In this document: positions 51,067 through 60,913 of the stretch, piece by piece
How the letters are laid out: every line of letters begins with the position of its first letter
Position numbering within the stretch: the stretch's first letter is position 1
Origin: Bacteroidota bacterium
Lineage (GTDB): Bacteria > Bacteroidota > Bacteroidia > AKYH767-A > 2013-40CM-41-45
Reading direction: 5' to 3'
DNA length: 64,000 nt
Assembly: GCA_043787975.1 (NCBI GenBank)
Contig: JAYVUK010000032.1
Span: forward strand, 2,577-66,576
Notes under the pieces: model-generated
Databases searched by the model: none
What the model was told of the DNA's origin: nothing
What the model saw: only the letters and a program-made list of their open reading frames with translations
Translations under genes and position numbers: made by a program

Positions 51067-51606
51067 CTACCAATTGATAAAAGCTTTATTGAAAACATCG
51101 TCCACCAACTGATCCTCAATTTCTGCGATTAAATTACTCTCAACGGCTGAAAGGCTTTGACTGCTGCTGTAATCTGCAAACCTCGAAAAGCTGGTTTCAA
51201 AATTCTGTTTGTCATTTTTAATGTTGGTAAACTTCGCATTGATGGTAATCGTGAGTCGGTTACTAGCCGCTGTTTCGTTTGCCTGGATAGCAAGAGGAGT
51301 CACAGCATAGTTGATGATGGATCCTTCAAAGATCAGATCAGGATCTTTGTCAGTAAGCTTCAGATTTGTTTGAGAAAGAAATTTGTCTTTTAATTTTTCC
51401 GTGAATGTTTGACTTAGTAATGACGGACCTAGCGCAGAAGTCTTTTGAAAATATTTTACATTGAATGTTTTGATGTCAGGAGAAATGGAAGCACCCGACA
51501 TCGAATAGTTGACCTTACAGGAGTTCAAAAGGAATAAGGAATAAGGAATAAGGAATAAAAAGAGAGAGAAGTTTCTCCTGACATTCATGATTTTTTTTTT
51601 ATTCAT
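51067..51606 (-). CDS. LptE-like lipoprotein (putative LPS-assembly lipoprotein; lipobox LLNSC)
   Basis: Signal peptide plus lipobox. The size and context fit Bacteroidota LptE-family proteins. The assignment is tentative. Confidence 0.45.
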   Translation of the reverse strand: MNKKKIMNVRRNFSLFLFLIPYSLFLLNSCKVNYSMSGASISPDIKTFNVKYFQKTSALGPSLLSQTFTEKLKDKFLSQTNLKLTDKDPDLIFEGSIINYAVTPLAIQANETAASNRLTITINAKFTNIKNDKQNFETSFSRFADYSSSQSLSAVESNLIAEIEDQLVDDVFNKAFINW

Positions 51607-51672
51607 TATTAATTCTTAAATTTTACTTTTCATTAGCTAATTATCAAATTATCAAATCAACGAATTATCACA

Positions 51673-52899
51673 TTAGTGTATCTTATACTCATTCATCTTC
51701 CTATACAACGTCCGCTCGGAAATACCAAGTTCCTTCGCAGCCATCTTTCTTCTTCCTTTGTATTTATGCAATGCTTTTTTGATGAACTCTTTTTCTTTTT
51801 CTTCAAGAGAAAGTGATTCTTCCACTTCTTCATGACGATGCATCGGAGCCGCTTCAATGTTCGGATGAATGGTAATGTTTGGATCAGAAGTTGGAATGGC
51901 AGACTTCGATTCCGATTGAAGTTTATTCAAAAGATGTTCGTTGTGCTCTTTCCAATTCGGATCGCTTGAAGCATTTTGCATCAATTCATTTACCAGTTGC
52001 TTCATGTCATTCATGTCCTTCTTCATATCGAAAAGAACCTTGTACAACAATTCACGTTCTGAAAATTCAGAACCTGTTTTCGTTCCGTCTTTCATCAACA
52101 CAGGCAAATTACTGAATGGCGCCGGAGGTAAATAACGAAGCAATGTTTCTCCGGTGATATCCCGATGCTTTTCGAGTATTGACATTTGCTCCGTGATGTT
52201 CTTTAGCTGACGAATGTTTCCGGGCCAGCGATAGTCGGTCAACAATTTTTGCGCTTCGGTCTGCAGCATCAATGCCGGCATACGATATCGTTCCGCAAAG
52301 TCAGATGCAAATTTTCTAAACAAAAGAAAGATGTCTTCTTTCCGGTCGCGCAACGGAGGAACACGGATTGGAACAGTGTTCAAACGGTAATATAAATCTT
52401 CACGGAACTTTCCGTTTTCAATCGCTCTGAGTAAATCAACATTGGTTGCACCGACAACGCGTACGTTTGTCTTCTGCACTTTCGACGAACCGACTTTGAT
52501 GAACTCACCGGTCTCTAACACGCGAAGCAAACGAACCTGTGTATTCAATGGCAAATCTCCGACTTCATCCAAAAAAATAGTTCCGCCATCCGACACTTCA
52601 AAATATCCTTTGCGTGCTTCATGAGCCCCGGTGAACGAACCTTTTTCATGACCGAATAATTCTGAATCAATTGTTCCTTCCGGAATGGCACCACAGTTTA
52701 CGGCGATGTATGGTCCGTGTTTACGGGCACTCAGTTGATGAATGATTTGCGGAAAAACTTCTTTACCAACTCCGCTTTCTCCGCTAATCAAAACGGAAAT
52801 TTCAGTCGGTGAAACTTGACGCGCTACATTGATCGCATGATCAAGCAACGGTGAGTTACCGATGATTCCAAAGCGTTGTTTTATTTCGAGAGGTGTCAT
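51673..52899 (-). CDS. sigma-54-dependent transcriptional activator (AAA+ sigma-54 interaction domain + C-terminal Fis-type HTH; no receiver domain)
   Basis: GESGVGKE Walker A, ESELFGHEKGSFTGA (the GAFTGA-type motif) and a C-terminal HTH (GISERTLYRKMNEY). Confidence 0.88.
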   Translation of the reverse strand: MTPLEIKQRFGIIGNSPLLDHAINVARQVSPTEISVLISGESGVGKEVFPQIIHQLSARKHGPYIAVNCGAIPEGTIDSELFGHEKGSFTGAHEARKGYFEVSDGGTIFLDEVGDLPLNTQVRLLRVLETGEFIKVGSSKVQKTNVRVVGATNVDLLRAIENGKFREDLYYRLNTVPIRVPPLRDRKEDIFLLFRKFASDFAERYRMPALMLQTEAQKLLTDYRWPGNIRQLKNITEQMSILEKHRDITGETLLRYLPPAPFSNLPVLMKDGTKTGSEFSERELLYKVLFDMKKDMNDMKQLVNELMQNASSDPNWKEHNEHLLNKLQSESKSAIPTSDPNITIHPNIEAAPMHRHEEVEESLSLEEKEKEFIKKALHKYKGRRKMAAKELGISERTLYRKMNEYKIH

Positions 52900-52979
52900 T
52901 TTTATTGAATCATTGAAGATTGTATCATTGACGATTTAAATGAACCAATGATCCGATCGTCAATGATAAAATTATCACT

Positions 52980-54506
52980 TTAAATACTATGCCCGAGCAA
53001 CGTCGCCGGCGTACAATCCGTAACCAATACATGGACGTAATCACCCGGTTTATATTGTTCACGCGGGAAGATGATGACTTTGTTCTGGTCACTTCTTCCT
53101 GATAAATGTTTATCAGAACGTTTTGAGACTCCATCCACCAACACACGAAAAACCTTATTCAGATCTTTCAGATTGCTTTGATGAGAAAGTTTTGCCTGGA
53201 CGTTAATGATTTCTGTCAGTCGTTTTGATTTAATCTCTTCCGCTACATCATCTTTGAATTGGCGCGCAGCCTGTGTTCCCGGTCGTTCAGAATATTTAAA
53301 CATGTAGGCATATTCATACCCGACTGATTTCATCAGTGAAAGAGTTTCTTCATGCTCTTCATCTGTCTCTCCGCAAAATCCGGTGATGATGTCTGTCGAA
53401 ATAGCGCAGTCCGGAATAATAGTTCTCACCGATTCGATTCGTTTAAAATAATCCTCGCGAGAGTAACCGCGGTTCATTCGTTCCAACACATTGCTGTTGC
53501 CGCTTTGAACCGGAAGATGAATGTAATTACAAATGTTATCATGCTTCGCGACAACATGCAACACAGCATCCGTCATGTCGCGCGGATTGGAAGTTGAAAA
53601 GCGAACACGGAGATCAGGATTTATTTCGGCAACCATTCCGAGTAGGTCGGCGAACGATACAGAATTTTTATGTTCGAATTGGTGAATCGGTGAATCGGTG
53701 AAAGGATGATTCTCGCTATCATTCTCCGTTCCCCCTATTCTCCGTTTCTCCGTTTCTTCAGTTCTCTTAATTATTTCCTTCTTCGTATTCGTATCCGGAT
53801 GCCATAAATAAGAATCTACATTTTGCCCGAGCAACGTTATTTCCTTGTAACCGCTTTCCGAAAGTTGTCTGGCTTCGTTGATAATAGATTCAGGTTCCCG
53901 GCTTCGCTCTCTTCCGCGCGTGAAAGGAACCACGCAAAACGAACACATGTTATCACATCCTCGTGTGATGGAAATAAAAGCAGAGATTCCATTGCTTCCC
54001 AAACGAACCGGGCTGATCTCAGCATAGGTTTCTTCACGGCTCAATAAAACATTCACAGCTTTTTGCCCGGACTCAACGGATGCAATCAAGTTCGGCAAAT
54101 CACGGTATGAATCCGGACCAACGACAAGATCAACTAATTTTTCCTGTTCCAGTAATTTTGATTTCAGACGTTCAGCCATGCAACCAAGTACACCTATAAT
54201 AAGAGAAGGTTGATGAACTTTCTTTTTCTTGAAATCTTTTAAGCGTGCCCAGATGCGGAGTTCGGCATTGTCACGGATCGCACATGTGTTCAGGAAGATA
54301 ACATCAGCATCATCGGTTGTATTCGTAGTTACGAATCCCAAATCAGTCATGATGGAAGCCACGATTTCACTATCCGAAAAATTCATCGCACAGCCGTAGC
54401 TTTCCAGGTACAGTTTCTTCGCGTCAGGATTTTTTACGTTCGTCTCCTTCATCAACACCTCGCCCTGGCGCGATTCATCCATTACTTTAGTTTCTTCAAA
54501 TGACAT
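52980..54506 (-). CDS. miaB: tRNA-2-methylthio-N6-dimethylallyladenosine synthase (radical SAM methylthiotransferase)
   Basis: MTTase N-terminal domain (LESYGCAMN), radical SAM CxxxCxxC (GCDNMCSFC) and a TRAM domain. It carries an acidic low-complexity insertion. Confidence 0.88.
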   Translation of the reverse strand: MSFEETKVMDESRQGEVLMKETNVKNPDAKKLYLESYGCAMNFSDSEIVASIMTDLGFVTTNTTDDADVIFLNTCAIRDNAELRIWARLKDFKKKKVHQPSLIIGVLGCMAERLKSKLLEQEKLVDLVVGPDSYRDLPNLIASVESGQKAVNVLLSREETYAEISPVRLGSNGISAFISITRGCDNMCSFCVVPFTRGRERSREPESIINEARQLSESGYKEITLLGQNVDSYLWHPDTNTKKEIIKRTEETEKRRIGGTENDSENHPFTDSPIHQFEHKNSVSFADLLGMVAEINPDLRVRFSTSNPRDMTDAVLHVVAKHDNICNYIHLPVQSGNSNVLERMNRGYSREDYFKRIESVRTIIPDCAISTDIITGFCGETDEEHEETLSLMKSVGYEYAYMFKYSERPGTQAARQFKDDVAEEIKSKRLTEIINVQAKLSHQSNLKDLNKVFRVLVDGVSKRSDKHLSGRSDQNKVIIFPREQYKPGDYVHVLVTDCTPATLLGHSI

Positions 54507-54648
54507 GGCGCAAAGATAAATTTAATTGGCTGGCTTGACAAGATGTCAGTTTCAGAGATTTTAAATTAGAAATTTTAGATTTTAAATGGTAATTGTTGAA
54601 TTTTGGTTTAAGCTATTTTTTTATTTTCACCCCGTTAAATCGTTTTCT

Positions 54649-55716
54649 ATGAAAAAAATTCACAAAGGCTTTCTGCTTAGTGTCGGTGTTTTCTTGTATT
54701 CTTTATGCTGCTTTGCTCAGGATACTTTAACCCCTAAAAATCCCTATGATGACAGAATTTTTACAATTGTTGAAGAAATGCCTTCATTTCCTGGTGGCGA
54801 GGAGACGATGATGAATTTCATAGCTCAGAATATTAAATATCCACCTCGCGCGCGAGAAAATAATATTCAGGGAAGAGTATATGTAAATTTTATACTGGAC
54901 ACAGCAGGAACGGTTACGAGAGCAAAAGTTGTTCGAGGGATTGGAGGTGGTTGCGATGAAGAAGCAATCCGTGTTATTGCTTCCATGCCCAAATGGAAAC
55001 CGGGAAAGCAAAATGGACAGCCGGTTAACGTCGTCTATAATCTACCTGTCTTATTTGGAGATAAAGGAGATGAAAATAAAGCAAGTACCAATGAAAATCA
55101 TTATAATCACGGAGTTGAATTATTAAAAAAAGAAAAGTTTATTGAGGCAATAAAAGAATTTGATGAATCTATTCAAGTAAACAAATCAGACATTGACGCT
55201 TACTATAATAGAGGTATCGCAAAACTTCGGATGAACGACAGATCAGGAGCTTGCTTTGATTGGAGTACTTCGGCAATTCACGGTGACGCGAACGTATTTC
55301 AGCAACTGAATAGATTTTGTGACAGCCTTATAATTTATGAAGGAGATACCGTTAATACGACTCAGCCAAAAACAATTGATACAATAGAGTTTGTTAGCAA
55401 AACGGACACTGGAACCGAAGTGATGCCTCATTTCCCTGGTGGTGAAAAAGCCTTGTTGGAATTTATTTTCCGTAATGTTAAGTATCCACTTAAAGCTAAA
55501 GCAAATGGAATTGAGGGAAAAGTGTATGTAACTTTTTATATCGACAAGAATGGAGGCGTTGGTGATCCGAAAATTGCAAAAGGAATTGGCGGAGGTTGCG
55601 ATGAGGAAGTAATTAAAGTTGTAAAATTAATGCCCAGATGGGTTCCCGGAAAAAAAGGTGGTAAGCCAGTAAATGTAAGGTTCAATTTGCCCGTCAACTT
55701 TACTGTTAAAAATTGA
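54649..55716 (+). CDS. TonB C-terminal-domain protein with two TonB_C repeats flanking a TPR segment
   Basis: Two copies of the EEMPSFPGGE...IQGRVYV...GIGGGCDEE module. Signal peptide. Confidence 0.65.
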   Translation: MKKIHKGFLLSVGVFLYSLCCFAQDTLTPKNPYDDRIFTIVEEMPSFPGGEETMMNFIAQNIKYPPRARENNIQGRVYVNFILDTAGTVTRAKVVRGIGGGCDEEAIRVIASMPKWKPGKQNGQPVNVVYNLPVLFGDKGDENKASTNENHYNHGVELLKKEKFIEAIKEFDESIQVNKSDIDAYYNRGIAKLRMNDRSGACFDWSTSAIHGDANVFQQLNRFCDSLIIYEGDTVNTTQPKTIDTIEFVSKTDTGTEVMPHFPGGEKALLEFIFRNVKYPLKAKANGIEGKVYVTFYIDKNGGVGDPKIAKGIGGGCDEEVIKVVKLMPRWVPGKKGGKPVNVRFNLPVNFTVKN

Positions 55717-55931
55717 GAATGCTTTTCCATTTGCTATCTCATTTCATTCTCAAAAATATTTTTTTCATTTCATTTTTACTCCCGTTCAAATTCTTTTTTT
55801 GCTTGCAGAAAAATAAAATGCTTTTATTTGCGCCATCGAAAAAAAGTTGAGACAAGAATTAAGATGCAAGAATCAAGATAGATTCCGCGTCTTAAATCTT
55901 GATTCTTGATTCTAAAATCTCGTTCCAAACG

Positions 55932-58412
55932 ATGTCAAAAAACTTAGTAATAGTAGAGTCACCTGCGAAAGCAAAAACAATAGAAGGATATCTCGGAAAA
56001 GATTTCACGGTGAAGTCGAGCTATGGTCATGTGCGTGATCTGGTGAAGAGCGGAATGGGCATCAACATCAAAAATAATTTCGAACCCGTTTATGAAGTCA
56101 GCCCTGACAAAGAGCATGTGATAAAGGATTTGCAAAAGCTGGTGAAGAAAGCGGAGATGGTATGGCTTGCAACGGATGAGGACCGCGAAGGAGAAGCAAT
56201 CTCCTGGCATTTATTTGAAGCACTGGAGTTGAAAGAAGACAAAACGAAACGGATTGTTTTTCATGAGATCACGAAGAAGGCAATTCTTGCAGCGATAGAA
56301 AACCCGCGCACCATTGACAAGCACATGGTGGACGCACAGCAAGCGAGAAGAGTGCTCGATCGTTTGGTTGGTTTTGAACTCTCTCCTGTGTTATGGAAAA
56401 AGGTAAAGCCATCGCTTTCAGCCGGTCGTGTGCAATCGGTTGCCGTAAGGTTATTGGTTGAACGGGAAAGAGAAATCGATTCATTCAACATCAACTTCTT
56501 TTATAAAGTCGTTGCCATTTTTGAAACGGAAGAAAAATCATTCAAAGCAGAACTTCCGAAGAAATATAAAACGAAAGAAGAAGCGGAAGCATTTCTTCAG
56601 AGTTGCATCGGCGCAAATTTCAATGTAAAAAACCTGGAAGTGAAGCCGGGAAAAAAATCTCCTTCAGCTCCGTTTACAACATCCACCTTGCAGCAGGAAG
56701 CAAGCCGGAAACTTGGTTACTCAGTTTCGCAAACCATGGTGATCGCTCAGAAACTTTATGAGAGTGGAAAAATCTCCTACATGAGAACTGACTCAGTAAC
56801 GCTTTCACAGGATGCACTCGAGATGGCGAAGAAAGTGATCACTTCAAATTACGGGAAAAAATATTCGGAACCGCATCAGTACAAAACGAAACAGGCATCT
56901 GCGCAGGAAGCTCACGAAGCAATCCGTCCTACTGACATGGCTGTTGAAGTGGTGGATGGAGATCAGCGGGATCAACGGTTGTACGATCTTATTCGCAAGA
57001 GAACATTGGCTTCTCAAATGGCAGACGCTGTGCTGGAAAAAACAGTGGTGACCATTTCTTCTTCCAAATCAAATGAAGAATTAATTGTTACCGGTGAGGT
57101 CATTAAATTCGATGGTTTTTTGAAAATGTACATGGAAGGCAGTGATGAAGAAGATGAGGATGCACAGGAAGGAATTTTGCCGGCGATGAAAGTCGGTGAT
57201 GATTTGAAATTCCTTGAAGCATCCGCTACTCAACGATTCACACATCCGCCTGCACGTTTCACAGAAGCATCACTCGTAAAAAAATTGGAAGAACTTGGCA
57301 TCGGACGACCATCTACATATGCTCCTACCATTTCAACAGTTCAGAAAAGAGGGTATGTAGTGAAGGAAGAGCGTGAAGGAAAAGAACGGTTGTACGATGT
57401 GATTACGCTGAAGAATGATACCATTAAGAGTGAGAAGAAATCAGAAATAACGGGAGCAGAAAAAAATAAATTATTCCCGACCGACATTGGAGTAGTGGTG
57501 ACTGATTTTCTCGTTACAAACTTCAAAGACATTCTCGATTACAATTTCACTGCTTACGTTGAAAAAGAATTTGATGACATCGCCAACGGTGAATTGAAAT
57601 GGCAAAAGATGATCAAGGAATTTTACGGACCGTTTCACCAAACGGTGGAAATAACAACCGAAACTTCTGAGCGTGCTTCCGGAGAGCGAATTCTTGGGAA
57701 AGATCCTGCCAGTGGACTTACGCTGTTAGTTCGTGTCGGAAGGTTTGGCCCGATGGCGCAAATAGGAAACACGGAAGAAATTGAAGCAGGTAAAATTGAA
57801 AAGTCACGCTTTGCAAAACTTCGTCCCAATCAACGGTTAGAAACCATCACGTTTGAAGAAGCGATTGATCTCTTCAAACTTCCAAGAACCCTGGGGGAAT
57901 TTGAAGGACAAAATGTTACAGTAGCGATCGGCCGTTTCGGACCGTATGCAAAACACAACGACATATTTGTCTCGCTGAAAAAAGAAGATGATCCGTACAC
58001 CATCATGCTTGATCGCGCTATTGAATTGATTGAAGAAAAAAGAAAAGCGAATGCAGAACGAATCATCCAGGTGTTTGAAGAAGATAAGGATGTAAAAGTG
58101 TTGAACGGTCGTTACGGACCTTACATCCAGGTAAAGGATAAGAATGTAAAAATTCCCAAAGACAAAGACCCGAAGTCACTGACGCTTGCCGAAATTTACG
58201 AGATCGCAGAAAATGCTCCCGAACCTAAAAAAAGATGGGGCAACAAAAGTTTTGGGAATAAAAATTCAGGAGGCTTTGGCAACAAGGGCTTCGCGAAGAA
58301 AAAACCTGAGACAGTGGAAGACATAGAGCTGCCTGCAAAAAAAGCTGCTTCATCAAAACCAACAGCGAAGAAGGCGCCTGCAAAAAAGGCCGCCCCGAAA
58401 AAGAAAGAATAA
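55932..58412 (+). CDS. topA: DNA topoisomerase I with lysine/alanine-rich C-terminal tail
   Basis: TOPRIM domain (LVIVESPAKAKTIEGYLG) and the type IA core. The start is taken at MSKNLVIV. Confidence 0.93.
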   Translation: MSKNLVIVESPAKAKTIEGYLGKDFTVKSSYGHVRDLVKSGMGINIKNNFEPVYEVSPDKEHVIKDLQKLVKKAEMVWLATDEDREGEAISWHLFEALELKEDKTKRIVFHEITKKAILAAIENPRTIDKHMVDAQQARRVLDRLVGFELSPVLWKKVKPSLSAGRVQSVAVRLLVEREREIDSFNINFFYKVVAIFETEEKSFKAELPKKYKTKEEAEAFLQSCIGANFNVKNLEVKPGKKSPSAPFTTSTLQQEASRKLGYSVSQTMVIAQKLYESGKISYMRTDSVTLSQDALEMAKKVITSNYGKKYSEPHQYKTKQASAQEAHEAIRPTDMAVEVVDGDQRDQRLYDLIRKRTLASQMADAVLEKTVVTISSSKSNEELIVTGEVIKFDGFLKMYMEGSDEEDEDAQEGILPAMKVGDDLKFLEASATQRFTHPPARFTEASLVKKLEELGIGRPSTYAPTISTVQKRGYVVKEEREGKERLYDVITLKNDTIKSEKKSEITGAEKNKLFPTDIGVVVTDFLVTNFKDILDYNFTAYVEKEFDDIANGELKWQKMIKEFYGPFHQTVEITTETSERASGERILGKDPASGLTLLVRVGRFGPMAQIGNTEEIEAGKIEKSRFAKLRPNQRLETITFEEAIDLFKLPRTLGEFEGQNVTVAIGRFGPYAKHNDIFVSLKKEDDPYTIMLDRAIELIEEKRKANAERIIQVFEEDKDVKVLNGRYGPYIQVKDKNVKIPKDKDPKSLTLAEIYEIAENAPEPKKRWGNKSFGNKNSGGFGNKGFAKKKPETVEDIELPAKKAASSKPTAKKAPAKKAAPKKKE

Positions 58413-58430
58413 TTTTAGAACCAACAGTTG

Positions 58431-58476
58431 CACAGTTGCGAGAACTGTGTAAACCGTAAACCAAAAACTGTAAACC
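58431..58476. repeat. GTAAAC-family repeat (cacagtt-gcgag-aactgtg palindrome + taaaccgtaaaccaaaaactgtaaacc) downstream of topA
   Basis: Seen directly. Confidence 0.55.
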
Positions 58477-58479
58477 ACT

Positions 58480-59649
58480 TTGGATATTTCCATTTTCTTT
58501 AAACCACTTGACGCTTCACGGTTTGATACGTATCAGGACCAAAAAACGGTGATGGGAAATGCGGTTAAAAAATTTCTTGACCCTGAAAAATTTCCTGACC
58601 TCACCGGTTGCCACATTGCATTCATCGGTTGTGAGGAAGATCGAGGCTCAGTCAGGAATGATGGCTGTGCGAAGGCTCCGGATATCATACGTGAAAAATA
58701 TTACCAGTTAAAAAAAGCCCAACATCCTTACCAGGTTGTGGATCTTGGAAACATTCGTTTAGGTGAATCGCTCAAGGATACGTACGCTGCCTTGTCAACC
58801 ATCATGATTGAGTTGATAAAGGATGGAATTCTGCCTGTCATTCTTGGTGGAAGCCAGGACTTAACGTATGCACAATACTTGGCGTATCAGCAGTTGGAAG
58901 AAACGGTCAACATTGTTTCAGTGGATGCAAAATTTGATCTTGGTTCCACCGAAGAAGAGATTCGTTCGAGTACGTATCTTGGAAAAATAATTCTGCATGA
59001 GCCCAACTTTCTTTTCAACTTCAGCAACATTGGTTATCAAACATATTTTGTAGGCAATGACCAGGTTGAATTGATGGATAAACTTTTTTTTGATGCGTAC
59101 AGGTTAGGACAAGTGAGAAAAGATATGGAGGAAGTTGAACCGATTGTTAGAAACGCAGACATCCTGAGTTTCGATATGACTTCAATTCGTCAGTCGGATG
59201 CACCGGGAAACGGAAATGCATCACCGAATGGATTTTATGGAGAAGAAGCTTGCCAGATTATCCGGTATGCGGGGCTGAGTGATAAATTAACATCCATCGG
59301 ATTTTATGAAGCAAATCCCTTATTTGATAATCACGATCAGACATCTCATCTTATTGCGCAGATGATTTGGTATTTCATTGATGGATATTACAATCGAAAA
59401 AAAGATATGCCTGTTTCCAATAAAGCAGGATTTGTGAAATATCGTGTTGCTTTGAAAAAATCGGAACAGGAAATTATTTTTTATAAAAGCGAAAAAAGTA
59501 GTCGCTGGTGGATGGAAGTCCCTTTTCCAAATTCAAAAGTTAAATATCATCGTCACCACTTAGTTCCTTGTTCGTACAAAGATTATGAAACTGCATGCCG
59601 TGATGAAATGCCGGAGCGTTGGTGGCAGGCCTTTCAGAAGATAAGTTGA
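58480..59649 (+). CDS. arginase/formiminoglutamase-fold protein with substituted metal-ligand positions (putative pseudoenzyme)
   Basis: Arginase-family motif positions are recognisable but altered: GGSQD in place of GGDHS, DAKFD in place of DAHxD, and SFDMT in place of SFDVD. Confidence 0.55.
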   Translation: MDISIFFKPLDASRFDTYQDQKTVMGNAVKKFLDPEKFPDLTGCHIAFIGCEEDRGSVRNDGCAKAPDIIREKYYQLKKAQHPYQVVDLGNIRLGESLKDTYAALSTIMIELIKDGILPVILGGSQDLTYAQYLAYQQLEETVNIVSVDAKFDLGSTEEEIRSSTYLGKIILHEPNFLFNFSNIGYQTYFVGNDQVELMDKLFFDAYRLGQVRKDMEEVEPIVRNADILSFDMTSIRQSDAPGNGNASPNGFYGEEACQIIRYAGLSDKLTSIGFYEANPLFDNHDQTSHLIAQMIWYFIDGYYNRKKDMPVSNKAGFVKYRVALKKSEQEIIFYKSEKSSRWWMEVPFPNSKVKYHRHHLVPCSYKDYETACRDEMPERWWQAFQKIS

Positions 59650-59830
59650 TTTTTTTCCGGCACGGAAAAAAATACAAATACAAAATTTCTCCAAAATGTC
59701 TTATTAAAATTAACACGTAGGCATTGAAAAAAATTTTGTTTTTATTTTTTCTTTTTACTTACTTTACCCGCTCTTAGCGTTTACAGCAAACACATAAACT
59801 CTCTTGCCAAAGAAATATTTATCTGATAAC

Positions 59831-60757
59831 ATGAGGAAATTGTACCCGATTTTGTTTCTATTGATTTTCCTTGGTGCCGGCTTTGTTTCTATGGCGCAGC
59901 AAGATCCCCAGTTCAGTCAGAACATGTTTACGAAATTAGCAGTGAATCCCGGGTTTGCAGGTGCAAGCGGAGGTTACTGTGGTACTTTGCTTTATCGCAA
60001 TCAATGGACAGGGTTCGGCGGTGAGCCAAAGACCATGTTATTTACGGCCGATGCTGACATCGATGTGATTCATGGCGGAGCGGGTCTTACAGTAGTTGCT
60101 GCTGATAATTTAGGCGTTGATAAAAACCTGATGGCTCGTCTTGCTTATGCTTACAGAGCCGATCTTGGTGAAGGAAAAATTGGGATTGGTATTGACTTTG
60201 GCTTAATGCAGAAATCTGTTGACGGTTCAAAGTTCGTTTATAATGATCAAAATGATGCGAATATTCCAACAGGGAATGTCAGCGGAAACACCTTTGATAT
60301 GGGATTGGGTGTGTACTACAACACCGACAAATTATATGTTGGAGCTTCAGCCTCTCACCTGACTGAAGGAGATATTAAATACAGTGACATTACATCAAAG
60401 ATTGCGAGACACTATTATCTTCAGGCGGGATACGGCATTGATCTTACCTCTTCGCTTACATTGAAACCATCTGTGTTGGTTAAAACAGATGCGGTATCAA
60501 CCCAGGTTGATGGAAATGCAAACCTGATGATTAATAATAAATACTGGATAGGACTTTCATACCGCATACAGGACGCCTTTGTAATCATGGCAGGATTGGA
60601 AATAATTCCTAACCTCAAGTTTGGGTATGCTTATGATCTTACTACATCTGACATAAAAACATATAGCAGCGGAACGCATGAAGTTGTCCTTAACTACTGC
60701 TTTAAACCGATTAAGATAGTAAAACGCCAGTTTCATCGCAATGTAAGATTCCTCTGA
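59831..60757 (+). CDS. porP: type IX secretion system membrane protein PorP/SprF family
   Basis: Signal peptide followed by the hallmark AQQDPQFSQNMFTKLAVNPGFAG motif. Confidence 0.85.
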   Translation: MRKLYPILFLLIFLGAGFVSMAQQDPQFSQNMFTKLAVNPGFAGASGGYCGTLLYRNQWTGFGGEPKTMLFTADADIDVIHGGAGLTVVAADNLGVDKNLMARLAYAYRADLGEGKIGIGIDFGLMQKSVDGSKFVYNDQNDANIPTGNVSGNTFDMGLGVYYNTDKLYVGASASHLTEGDIKYSDITSKIARHYYLQAGYGIDLTSSLTLKPSVLVKTDAVSTQVDGNANLMINNKYWIGLSYRIQDAFVIMAGLEIIPNLKFGYAYDLTTSDIKTYSSGTHEVVLNYCFKPIKIVKRQFHRNVRFL

Positions 60758-60913
60758 TAATTAGAAATTCAGTTCTAAAAATAGAGGTTAGATTTGTTGA
60801 AACTATAATAGTAGTAGATCGTTCAAAGAATTCACCCTAAATTGAACACAATAAATGTTCATCAAGGTCGTTTTTAAAAATAATTTATCATTAATAATAA
60901 GCCCCAAAGTCAA

